Source: a virus
Lineage: Duplodnaviria; Caudoviricetes
DNA length: 52,517 nucleotides
IMG/VR virus record: IMGVR_UViG_3300036770_002345
Coordinates: 1-52,517 of that record
Reading direction: 5' to 3' (one strand)
Shown: piece by piece, positions 33,848 to 43,475 of the stretch
How positions within the stretch are numbered: position 1 is the stretch's first letter
Layout: each line of letters starts with the position of its first letter
Notes under the pieces: model-generated
Told to the model about the DNA's origin: nothing
Database searches by the model: none
Seen by the model: only the letters and a program-made list of their open reading frames with translations
Made by a program: the position numbers and the translations under genes

Positions 33848-36800
33848 CTGATGCCCATACCGATTCGTGCTGCGGCACGGCGGTATTCACGGTCTGCTCG
33901 GAGAATCAAATCCACTTTCTCCTTCGGCAGATTCTGTTTCGCCCAACGCATAAACAAGATTCGCTCTTCCTTGCTCGGGGCATTGCCCCCAATCTGAAGC
34001 GGCTGACGATTGCGGATGGAAGACTGAATGCTCTGTCGAACCCGCTGACGTTCCTTCGGGGGAACCCCCATGATGGCCTCCCGCATGATGATCCGTGCTG
34101 CGGCAGCATCCCCCACATGCAAGGCATCCGTGATGGCTTTGTTGACCGGCGTCATCTCAGTGCGAATGGGAGACCCGGGGGCAGTAGATCGTTTAAACTC
34201 TATCCCCATCTCATCGCTGAACCGGCGACCGTACTCTCGAACTTCGCGCAGATCACGGAACGCAGCGAACCGTTCCACTTCCTTCGCATCCGATCCCATT
34301 TCATCCATCACCGCCAAACCGATTCGTTTGTTAGCGCGATAGAACGACATGGTGGTTTCCGCAATCTCGTCTAAGTCGCGAGCCGTGATAGTCTTCTGAT
34401 CTCGAAGGCGGTTAAACACATCGATGACCGCATCGACAGAGGCCAATCCCGGAGGACTCATGGGATTCTTAACACGCTGCTGGTCCTGCCAGTCTTTCGC
34501 GAACTGAGCGTAGTTCGCAAAGAAACCAAAGCTACCTGCGGCCATGATGTTTTCCATCGACCGAGACAGGATCAATGCCCATGCTCTAGCGGTGTCTTCG
34601 TTTTTCAATGCCTCGTCGAGTTCGTCTAAGTCTGGACCCGGATCTCCGTATCCAAAGGCTTCTCGAATCGCAAGGATGGCACCACCACCGACAATGGCTG
34701 TTCCCACAAAGCCTAATGCTCTGAGAATGTTTCTGCCGCGACGGCCCTCCTCAGTGAGGATGGGCTTCAAGAAATGGTTGTAGAAGAACCGATTGATCTG
34801 GGTGCCGAACTTCTGGTACTTGAAGAAGAAGCGGCCTGCGGTGGTGTCAATGAACACCGGAGTCATGTCGATCTGATAGGAACCCTGCGGGATGTTCACC
34901 GCACGACGCATGTACTTCTCAGTCTCTCTGCCGCTGCCGTTCTCTAGAATCAATGCCTCGACATTGAGGTTCTCTCGTTTTGCCCATGCATTGAACTTCT
35001 TGACGTTCGCAGAATCAGGACTGTCGTTCACTTTCTTGAGGAAGGTATTGAGTCTTGCTCTTGCCGCCAACATGGCTGATGAACGCACCACATTTTCTGC
35101 GGCATTGAATCCACCGAAGGTCAATGCGGTGTTGGCGAATCGAGCCAAGGACTGGGAGATTCTCTGTTCCTTTGAGAAGTATTTGTCGGCGTCCATCTCG
35201 ACATGGTCTCGAAGGATGTTCATGAAGTCTTTGTTCAGGATACCAAGGCTTGTGCCTTCTTCCTGAATCTTTCGCCAGTCAGTGAGTAGATCAAGGTACG
35301 ACTTCGCCACTGCACGAATCCCAAACTCTTGGATGTTCGCAATGGTTCCGCCGAACAAGTTAAGGCTGGCGCTGATGGGGTTACCCAGTTGGGTTGCCGT
35401 TGCCAGAGAGTTTAACCAGTTCGCCATGTTCGACAGGGTGTCGAAGGGTTCGATCTCGTAGATCCGCTCCCGAATGGTGTTGACATAGTTCTGGGTTTCT
35501 TGATCCCGAATCTTCGGGAGGTTGGCACCGAACCATTCTTTCTTGAACTGACCAAGTTCCTGACCGAAGTTCTCGATCTGGGAAGTACGTCTTGCCCACT
35601 TGTTTAAATAGCGGGTAGCGGCATCCCATGAGTAATCATAGAAGATCTCAGGCAACGGTTCCGTTCGCGCCTTCTCGACACCGGCAAAGTAATCATTTTT
35701 GATTTCATCTGAGAACCATTCGCGGAGCAAATACTTCTCGGCATCCGCAGGGTTCTTGATGTCTTCTCGGCCAGACTGAACCAATGAATCAAGCAGAGAC
35801 TGCCACAACTCAGGATCAAGGTCAGGGTTCTTCATGACCTCCATCACTTCCCTGCGAAGGGTGCGTGGGAAGAATGCGGTGACCGTTCCAATCGGTCTCC
35901 ATCCACCCTTGCCATCATTTAACTTGGCGTCATACACCTTCATGGGTTCGCCATCAGGGGTACGCACATTCTTGTTGATGTTGCCCGTCTCATTAGAGAT
36001 CTGAGTCCATGCATCAATCAACTGCCGTTCGCTTTCGCTGGCATTGTTGAGGATCGCCATCGCTTCATTGGGCTTCTTGTTTTCCCTCGCCCGCATGTAG
36101 CGTTCAAAGGTTTCCATGGCTGCATCTCTGCCACCCAAACGAATGTTCCGATAGGCATTGCGGATCAGGTTGTTGACGATACCAAGTTTGGCAGCGTAGC
36201 CGTCGTAATAGTTTTCGATACGGTTCGCCAAATCATCTAACCCAAAGCCTGCACGAAGTTTGTCTGGCGCAGACTGAATCAATTGCGAGACCAATCTTCG
36301 GGTGATCGGTGCAATACGGGCGCGAGAAATGTCTACGGTCCCATCGGGTTCCGTGTCGCCAATCACTGGACCGATGGCGACACCCATCGAATTGACAGGC
36401 TGTCCTTCGTTTAAAGCCTCTGCGGCACCGGTAGTATCAGTGTCAACCGCAGGCCCCGGCTGTTGCGGAGCGGCGGTAACAGGAGGTGGCGCTCGACGCG
36501 CTGCACGGATTACCGGTTCTTCAGTGGAAACAATTCTTCGATCCGCCTCACCCTCTCTCTCGGGGACAATCCTGCTAGTACGTCCTCGATAGAATCGTGC
36601 AGGGGATCGTTCGGGTCTAGCACTCTCCGACTCTCGGAGGATGGCTTCCTCGTATCCGATAGCGTCTCTTTCTCTGCCCGTGAGTTTTGCATATAGCCTC
36701 TTCTCGTAGTACCACAACGCAGCTTGTATGTCTGCTAACGAAAGGTCAATACCTTGATCACGCAATATATCTTGGGCAAGTCTCGTTGTCTTGATCATGA

Positions 36801-39800
36801 AGCTACGATCCGACGCACGGAACGGGGCTTCTTCCAGTTCTAATCTTGCGGCCTTGATCAGCGTGTTAGCCGCTGTCTCAAGTTCCGTCATGTTCTTGTA
36901 TTCTTTTTCTTTGGCAGATTCCCAGAATGGAACTGCCGCATCAATCACATCTTCATCAGTGGGCTGAACAATTCCTTGTACCCATGACGGCGGAAGTACG
37001 CCTATGGATACCAGCATCTCTCGCACTCTCTTGATCGAAGACGGCGTAGGCTTTGGAACCAGCGTTCCACGCATGCGGTTAAACATGCGGCTCCACCACA
37101 AGTCCATGGTGAGGTAGCCTTCTGAACCCATCAGGTTGGCATAGAACGCACCCAGCTTCGGACCGAAGTACAAAGCAGACCTCGGCATGATGGTTTCTGC
37201 GGTGTAATTAGACTCAGGCTTTTTGCCTAATCTTCGAAGCTCTGCGTTGATGTCTTTAACCGACATCTCTTTTAAGAGGGCAGGAGCGAATCCTTCCATG
37301 CCGTGTATATCTATAAGTTCTTCAAGAACCTCTAGATTGTTTTGCAAAGAATCAGAACGTCGAGTACCAACAGCTAACTCAGAAAGCCGTCGCCCTGTTC
37401 TGGCTTCGGTGTAAATCGAAATCGCATTCGAAATGTTCTGGTTGACATCCTCACCATTGGAAGTGATGGCAACGATAGCGGTGAACAATGAACGAGCGTT
37501 GGGATCAGTTGCGAGTTCGGGGAACCTCTTCGCCAAACGCGCCAATGCGCGGGGATAGTTATTGGAATACCAGCCAATGCCCGTGCCTGTCTCAGCGGTT
37601 GTCTGCAACTGAAGCAGTACTTCACTGACCATCGCGTCTGCGATTTGTCGTGACGCTTGATCGCTAGTGTCTTTGTCGCTGATCTTGCCGAATTCGTTTT
37701 GCGTGCGTTCATTTAAACGCTCGCCAACAAGCCGAGTTAAATTCCTACCCGGGGCAAGCCCGAGTTCTAATCTGGCTTGTTCAGTCGGCATCTCAAAGAT
37801 GCTGACCGTAGATCGCGGAACCCGTCTCGCCTCACGGCGAGGAGTCGTTAACGCTGCGGCTTCTGGGGCGGCTGTTCGACCTTCGGCTCGGAGTCCTTGG
37901 ATTTCTCTTTGGACGGCATCGGTCGCTTCTGCCCGAATATCACGAAGCCGTTTCCGAAGATCCGCTCTTTCTCCTGTTCCGTCATCTGTCGGACTGGCAT
38001 AGTCGTAATCCTTTTTCTCTGGGAATGCAGAATAAATGTCAGTAACAAGTACATCATACTCGTTATTAAGTTTATTGTCTATCAGGTCTGCAAGTGTACT
38101 TGTTGGTACATCTGAATAGTTGAGGATGGTCATTGACCCATTGGCGAAAGTTTGTCCGCCAACAGGTTTGCTGCCATCGACTTCGATCTCTCTCAAAGAA
38201 TTGTAGATATCTGCTATTTCTTGAGGAGTTCTATCGCCAACTTCTACGGTGACAGACTGAACAATGTCACCGCCTCTAAATGACCTTGGTGAAACCACCA
38301 TCATGGAATCTTGAGACAGAGCAAAGCCAATGGACTTTGCAATGTCCAAGGGATCTCCACGCTCAAGCATCAATGCGAATGAAGGATTGGTATCGTCAAG
38401 GTAACTGCCTACCTGACTGACTACCGATCCTCTTGCATTCGAAGCGGTCAATACTCTGGGAACAATATCTCGCGCAACACGCTCGCTGATATTTAAACGC
38501 ACATCAGCATCAAGGTTACGCCACGCTTCTGTTAGCGGCTCGTTATTGGGATCAGGCGCGACCTCGAACAAAATTTGTTGCGGCCTTCTACGCGACTCCC
38601 GAATACTTGGCCTTGTTATGTCGAATGCACCGACATTGCCTACAGCAGACTTAAGTTGATTCGGACTGAAGACGGCAAGGTTTCTAACGCCAGCTTCTTC
38701 TACATAAATAGAATCGTAACCAGACCTTTCAAAGAAGTCCGTGTTTTCTGCAACATCTTCAATATATCCCCATCGACCTTTCTTTATTTCATCGATGGTC
38801 TTTCTTATTTCTGCTCTTGTATATGGCCCCCTTGAAGGGGTTGATCTGGAAAGAAACTTAGGAAGATCTTTTTCCAGTTGAGCAATGTGAGACTTGTTTT
38901 GGAAGTCGAAAGGATTCTTGGCAATAACATAAAGCGGATAAACAATAGGCGCTCTGGTCCGATCACCAAATTGTGCATTTGCTATCTGCCTTTCTGCCCA
39001 GTCAACATCTTGCATGTCTCGTGGTGGCGGAAGGAAAAGCATATTATTCGCAGCATAACGAGATGCAAAATTAGGATCTGGAGAAGTAAAGATTAGTTTT
39101 CTACCCGGCTTTGGTCTAAATACATCAATGTCTCTTGTAGCGCCATGGTAAAAAATCTGTGGTTCTCCAGTTTCATCAACCGCTTTGCTACCCCTAAAGG
39201 CTTGTTGGAACTCAGGCGTGTCAATTTGCGGATTGCGAACACGCGACTCCCGAATGCTCAGGGCTGGACCGAAGTCACCGTTGTTCCCGATAGCAGACTT
39301 AACCTGATTCGGATCAAACACTGCCAAGTTCTTTTGGCCTGCTTCCTCCACATACATGGAGTCAAAGCCAAGAGATTTAATTGCCTGCAAGATAGCCGGT
39401 GTTTCAATGATCTCCCAGTCTCCAACTAAAAGAGCTTCCTCTTCAATTGCGCCGATAGGGGTAGCGGAAAAATCATCTGCTTTTTCTAAAACTTTATAGA
39501 CCTGATCCCGATTTTGATAATCGAACGGATTCTCTGCCTTGACATATACAGGAACAATATTCGCCGCAGAAGGCATACGATCTTGAATATTCATTCCAAG
39601 CCGAATGTTTCGGCCTTCTTTGGCGATATATTTTAAATCTGAAATAACTTTGTTGCTAATCGGTTTACCCGATAGCACGCTCCTTTCTACTGAATCTCGT
39701 AATTTCAAAACATTTTCATAGGTACCCAAGTTAATCTTGCTAGGCTGTTGAGCAGCCTTTGCATCTGGTTTGGCTTTAGGCTTTACCTCTTTAGATCTAA

Positions 39801-42800
39801 CAGGGAATGAACTTGGATTTTTTAAAGTTTCATTCAAGACATCTAGCACTTGTTGATCGGACATAAAGTCAGTGAAGTTCCTGAGCATGTAGGCTTCAGA
39901 CATGCCAGAAAATTCATTAGCAAAGCTAGGGCTTTTAGTAATGAATACAGATCCTGCTTGCTTCGGGCGGAATGCTGTAATGTCAGCGGCAGTTCCGTGG
40001 TAGTACACAGACGGACGGCCATCTCGGTTGACCGCTTTGCTATTACCAAACCAGCGCCAGAAGTTCCGCAAGCCTTCCATTGTCGGACGAGTCTCGATGC
40101 CAAAGACTTCAGGTCCTTCATAACCGGAATAGATTAAACGCCCTTGCGAATCCGTTGTCGGGAACTCTTGATCGCCCACCCTGATGGTAGCCGGTACAGG
40201 ATCTGTTGCCCGCCGTGATTCTCTGATGGCTTCTACCCGAGCAAAGTTTGCGGCAGGGGGAGAGGCTTGCGGTGACAACCGGCTGATCATGTTCCGAATC
40301 GCATCCGTTCGGTACTGTGTTCTGCCTTGAGGTGTCCTCAGAATGTCGCGCAGTCTTTCTGGAATCCTGCCCGTCTGAGCCACAGATTCTTCTGTTGCCC
40401 TGAGGGTACGCACTTCCCCGCGCTGACGACCGCCCAAAGCACCTGTCTGGAGACGGTTAAACACATCGCTGTAGGTCTGGAACCCAGTTCCGGCCAAAGC
40501 CGATTTCAATCTCTCGAAGAACTGAGCAAGACGCTGCAACAAGTTCTGAGGTTTACCCGAAATCTTGAGACGCTTGGCCGAGTAATCACGGAACATTTCC
40601 GCGATAGCCTCTTCCATCTGCACCACAGGGTTCTGGTCTGGGTAATTCTGCTGGGCGATTTGCAGATAGGTCTGGTTAGTCCCCGGCTTCAAGGTGCGTG
40701 ATGCCGCCTTCTCAAGGGTGGACCACTCGCTCTCAGTCCACAGATCTAACAGCCGAGCCGCATGGATCACTTCATGATCCAGTATCTCTGCTAATGCATT
40801 TAAACGCTGCTCTGGGGTCAGCGATCCATCGGGATCAACCCGGTCCACCGCCAAAAAGATTTGACGCATGGCAGGCAAAAAGAAGCCTTCACTCTCAGGC
40901 CCCATGATTTCCCCTGTCGGGGTAATGAGATTGCGTTCAAGGGAGAGTTGGATGTCGTTCAATCCAAATCCTTTGAGCTTCGCACGGAGAGCGTCTCTGA
41001 GGGACTGTAGGTCGATAGCCTGACCGGGAGGGGCAGGCAGAGCGAGAGGTTCCCTAGCAGGCGTTACCGGCTTCTGAGGCGTATTCTTAACGCCCTGCTT
41101 AGACAGGTCGGTTTGTAGTGTCGAGATCTTCTCATCGATCTTCGGATCTTCTTTGGATAATCCTGCTGCTTCGATGATCTGATCGCGGGTAGGCTTCTGA
41201 CCCTGAGCATTGGCGGTCTGAATAAACTTAGACGCCCGGACAAAGTTCTCCCGGCTGTAAGGTTTAAACTCAAAGACCGGAAGCTGGGTTTCCCTTTCGA
41301 ATCGGGGGAGCGGTGCCAACTTCTTGTAGAAGAGACGGATGTCCCCGTAGTCCATGTCCTGAACGGAGTCTTTGCCCGTGAGGTTTTTGGCAAGGGCATT
41401 GATCTCAGGGGAAGCGATATCGGAAGTGATGTTCTTGGAACGGATCAGATCCCTGATCTGATTGATCGCGCCTTGTTTACCAATGGCAGGATCAATCGGC
41501 ACATCCTTGGTGATGGCCGCAAAACTTTTACCCAGTGCAGACTTGGTTTCCTGCAAAGAGAACACACTGCTTTCAGGCTTACCTTCCTGAGAACGGGCTT
41601 TGTTGATTTCCTGAGCTTTGGTCAACCCCTTGATGATGCGAGGAGGCTGTCCTTCCGCAGCGCCTTCCGGTCGGAACTCGTATCCAATCACCCGGCCTCG
41701 ACGATCTTTCGCTTGCGGTAATGCTTCGACCTGTCTCCAACTCAAACCCTCGGCATACTCAGGACCGGTGGTCTTGGCTGCTTCGTTGATGGCGACGGTG
41801 GAAAAGGTATTTGCTTCTGGATTAAGGGTGCGGTATCCGTAGGTGAATAGACGCTGGGTGGTGTCCGGATCATAAGGTTGAGGAGAAATATCCAGAGAAT
41901 TACGGATCGCCCCTCGAACATTCTGGTTGATAACTTCTTTGTTTAAACTTAAAGCTGTGGCATTGGCCTGCTCGAAGGTCTGAAGAGGCTGGCCGTATCG
42001 CTTACCTTCGCTATCGATCACCTCGAAGGTGGGGGTTCCGAGAGAAATCGCTCTGCCTTCAGGGCCATAGGTGCCATCCCCTTGGACTTCTCCCTGTCTG
42101 ACCGAGAACTGTCCGAAGTTCGGGAAATAATCCCCTAGTTCCCGGGCAATCTTTTGTCCATAGGAAATACCAAACTGGACATCGCCGGAAACATCAGCGC
42201 CTTTAAACGGGGTCGCTAAGGCATTCACCTCATCCTGTGTCGGCGGTGCAATGTTACTCGCCGCAGCGCGAGCATTGGCAGCTTCCGCATCAATGTTGAC
42301 TTGATCAGCCTGTCCTTGAGCGCGACGAGCATTGTCTGCGGCCAAAGAATCCATGAACCGTTGAGCGGCTTGATCAGCTTCTAAACGAAGCGCGAGTTCT
42401 CTTTCCCGATCTACTTCGTTGGTAATACTGGCGCGGGCAGCATCGTATCGGGATCGTTGTTGAGGGGAAACCGCTGCATCAATGCCGCCGATACCCGCAC
42501 CAATCAAGAATCCAACTGAACCTTCCAATGCCGCCGCTTCAGCCACACCCCGCATGGTGGGGATGTCTTCGAAGCCTTCTCTTTGCAGGGCAATATTGCC
42601 TGCCATTTGTTCCTGTGCCGCCTGAATGAATTCAGGGACCGCTTCTTTGGCACCCGTAAACGCTGCTGCTTTGGTAGCTGCTAATGCGCCTGTGGTTCTG
42701 GCACCTGCATTCTTGAGGATGCGACTCGCCAGTACCTTTTCGATACCGGTTCCCGCCGCCAATCCACCCAAGCCTGCGCCGAGCAGGATCTGATCTAGAT

Positions 42801-43473
42801 TCTCACCGCCGTATTCCTGAGCCAGTCGAGCGCGTTCTTCGACCACTTCCTCTGGAAGATCCAATGCTTCGAGTTCGTTTTTAACTTCATCATAGATGGT
42901 GCTTTTGGTAAGACCTGCGCCACCGACAACACCGATACCCGTACCGACTTTCGCAGCGGTTGCTGCCCGAGCGGCCAAGGTTCCCCCTCGAAGAGCGGCA
43001 CCCGCCAATCCACCTGCGATGGTGGGAACGGCTGTACCTAAACCTTGTGCAATGAAATCAACAGGCGATACCGCTAATGCCCGAAGACCTGCGGCCAATC
43101 GTTCGCCAAGCCCCTTGTCTTGGGCATCTTGGAAGATGCGGGCAACTTCTTCTCTGTCGTTCTTTGCCTGTGCGCTGAGCAAACTACCAAGGTAATCTTC
43201 AACACCACGCAGGTTTTGAGAGACCGCATTGTCTGCACCAAAGGCATCCGAAATAAATCGAACGCCTTGAGAGACACCCGTTGCAAACTGCAAGGGAACA
43301 TCGGCTACCGATCTAAAGATCGATTGATCTTCGACAGGCTCAGGGGTTGGTTCCGGAGTGGGCTGTTTGTATTGACTAAAGATTTCAGATAGTTCGACAT
43401 CAGTCGGAGGTGAATCGCCCGTCAAATCAAGCGTTACCCCGGAGACAGAGTCAGTAACGCGATAAGTAGGCAC
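33844..43473 (-). CDS. giant polyvalent ejection/internal virion protein (3209 aa)
   Basis: Gly/Ala-rich N-terminus; zincin HEVIH...EEAIAE; two ART-PolyVal-like domains; further enzyme-like domains; helical C-terminus; last of the ejection-type genes. Confidence 0.85.
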   Translation of the reverse strand: MPTYRVTDSVSGVTLDLTGDSPPTDVELSEIFSQYKQPTPEPTPEPVEDQSIFRSVADVPLQFATGVSQGVRFISDAFGADNAVSQNLRGVEDYLGSLLSAQAKNDREEVARIFQDAQDKGLGERLAAGLRALAVSPVDFIAQGLGTAVPTIAGGLAGAALRGGTLAARAATAAKVGTGIGVVGGAGLTKSTIYDEVKNELEALDLPEEVVEERARLAQEYGGENLDQILLGAGLGGLAAGTGIEKVLASRILKNAGARTTGALAATKAAAFTGAKEAVPEFIQAAQEQMAGNIALQREGFEDIPTMRGVAEAAALEGSVGFLIGAGIGGIDAAVSPQQRSRYDAARASITNEVDRERELALRLEADQAAQRFMDSLAADNARRAQGQADQVNIDAEAANARAAASNIAPPTQDEVNALATPFKGADVSGDVQFGISYGQKIARELGDYFPNFGQFSVRQGEVQGDGTYGPEGRAISLGTPTFEVIDSEGKRYGQPLQTFEQANATALSLNKEVINQNVRGAIRNSLDISPQPYDPDTTQRLFTYGYRTLNPEANTFSTVAINEAAKTTGPEYAEGLSWRQVEALPQAKDRRGRVIGYEFRPEGAAEGQPPRIIKGLTKAQEINKARSQEGKPESSVFSLQETKSALGKSFAAITKDVPIDPAIGKQGAINQIRDLIRSKNITSDIASPEINALAKNLTGKDSVQDMDYGDIRLFYKKLAPLPRFERETQLPVFEFKPYSRENFVRASKFIQTANAQGQKPTRDQIIEAAGLSKEDPKIDEKISTLQTDLSKQGVKNTPQKPVTPAREPLALPAPPGQAIDLQSLRDALRAKLKGFGLNDIQLSLERNLITPTGEIMGPESEGFFLPAMRQIFLAVDRVDPDGSLTPEQRLNALAEILDHEVIHAARLLDLWTESEWSTLEKAASRTLKPGTNQTYLQIAQQNYPDQNPVVQMEEAIAEMFRDYSAKRLKISGKPQNLLQRLAQFFERLKSALAGTGFQTYSDVFNRLQTGALGGRQRGEVRTLRATEESVAQTGRIPERLRDILRTPQGRTQYRTDAIRNMISRLSPQASPPAANFARVEAIRESRRATDPVPATIRVGDQEFPTTDSQGRLIYSGYEGPEVFGIETRPTMEGLRNFWRWFGNSKAVNRDGRPSVYYHGTAADITAFRPKQAGSVFITKSPSFANEFSGMSEAYMLRNFTDFMSDQQVLDVLNETLKNPSSFPVRSKEVKPKAKPDAKAAQQPSKINLGTYENVLKLRDSVERSVLSGKPISNKVISDLKYIAKEGRNIRLGMNIQDRMPSAANIVPVYVKAENPFDYQNRDQVYKVLEKADDFSATPIGAIEEEALLVGDWEIIETPAILQAIKSLGFDSMYVEEAGQKNLAVFDPNQVKSAIGNNGDFGPALSIRESRVRNPQIDTPEFQQAFRGSKAVDETGEPQIFYHGATRDIDVFRPKPGRKLIFTSPDPNFASRYAANNMLFLPPPRDMQDVDWAERQIANAQFGDRTRAPIVYPLYVIAKNPFDFQNKSHIAQLEKDLPKFLSRSTPSRGPYTRAEIRKTIDEIKKGRWGYIEDVAENTDFFERSGYDSIYVEEAGVRNLAVFSPNQLKSAVGNVGAFDITRPSIRESRRRPQQILFEVAPDPNNEPLTEAWRNLDADVRLNISERVARDIVPRVLTASNARGSVVSQVGSYLDDTNPSFALMLERGDPLDIAKSIGFALSQDSMMVVSPRSFRGGDIVQSVTVEVGDRTPQEIADIYNSLREIEVDGSKPVGGQTFANGSMTILNYSDVPTSTLADLIDNKLNNEYDVLVTDIYSAFPEKKDYDYASPTDDGTGERADLRKRLRDIRAEATDAVQREIQGLRAEGRTAAPEAAALTTPRREARRVPRSTVSIFEMPTEQARLELGLAPGRNLTRLVGERLNERTQNEFGKISDKDTSDQASRQIADAMVSEVLLQLQTTAETGTGIGWYSNNYPRALARLAKRFPELATDPNARSLFTAIVAITSNGEDVNQNISNAISIYTEARTGRRLSELAVGTRRSDSLQNNLEVLEELIDIHGMEGFAPALLKEMSVKDINAELRRLGKKPESNYTAETIMPRSALYFGPKLGAFYANLMGSEGYLTMDLWWSRMFNRMRGTLVPKPTPSSIKRVREMLVSIGVLPPSWVQGIVQPTDEDVIDAAVPFWESAKEKEYKNMTELETAANTLIKAARLELEEAPFRASDRSFMIKTTRLAQDILRDQGIDLSLADIQAALWYYEKRLYAKLTGRERDAIGYEEAILRESESARPERSPARFYRGRTSRIVPEREGEADRRIVSTEEPVIRAARRAPPPVTAAPQQPGPAVDTDTTGAAEALNEGQPVNSMGVAIGPVIGDTEPDGTVDISRARIAPITRRLVSQLIQSAPDKLRAGFGLDDLANRIENYYDGYAAKLGIVNNLIRNAYRNIRLGGRDAAMETFERYMRARENKKPNEAMAILNNASESERQLIDAWTQISNETGNINKNVRTPDGEPMKVYDAKLNDGKGGWRPIGTVTAFFPRTLRREVMEVMKNPDLDPELWQSLLDSLVQSGREDIKNPADAEKYLLREWFSDEIKNDYFAGVEKARTEPLPEIFYDYSWDAATRYLNKWARRTSQIENFGQELGQFKKEWFGANLPKIRDQETQNYVNTIRERIYEIEPFDTLSNMANWLNSLATATQLGNPISASLNLFGGTIANIQEFGIRAVAKSYLDLLTDWRKIQEEGTSLGILNKDFMNILRDHVEMDADKYFSKEQRISQSLARFANTALTFGGFNAAENVVRSSAMLAARARLNTFLKKVNDSPDSANVKKFNAWAKRENLNVEALILENGSGRETEKYMRRAVNIPQGSYQIDMTPVFIDTTAGRFFFKYQKFGTQINRFFYNHFLKPILTEEGRRGRNILRALGFVGTAIVGGGAILAIREAFGYGDPGPDLDELDEALKNEDTARAWALILSRSMENIMAAGSFGFFANYAQFAKDWQDQQRVKNPMSPPGLASVDAVIDVFNRLRDQKTITARDLDEIAETTMSFYRANKRIGLAVMDEMGSDAKEVERFAAFRDLREVREYGRRFSDEMGIEFKRSTAPGSPIRTEMTPVNKAITDALHVGDAAAARIIMREAIMGVPPKERQRVRQSIQSSIRNRQPLQIGGNAPSKEERILFMRWAKQNLPKEKVDLILRADREYRRAAARIGMGIS
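36510..36692 (-). CDS. possible overprinted small ORF (+1 frame) in a linker of the giant protein
   Basis: AGAGG RBS; 60 aa; stop at the IRAARR linker motif. Confidence 0.3.
   Translation of the reverse strand: MQNSRAEKETLSDTRKPSSESRRVLDPNDPLHDSIEDVLAGLSPRERVRRIEELFPLKNR
37848..38000 (-). CDS. possible overprinted small ORF (+1 frame) in a linker of the giant protein
   Basis: AAGGA-8 nt-ATG; MPVRQMTEQEKERIFGNGFVIFGQKRP...; stop about 9 nt before the RREARR motif. Confidence 0.35.
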   Translation of the reverse strand: MPVRQMTEQEKERIFGNGFVIFGQKRPMPSKEKSKDSEPKVEQPPQKPQR

Positions 43474-43475
43474 CG

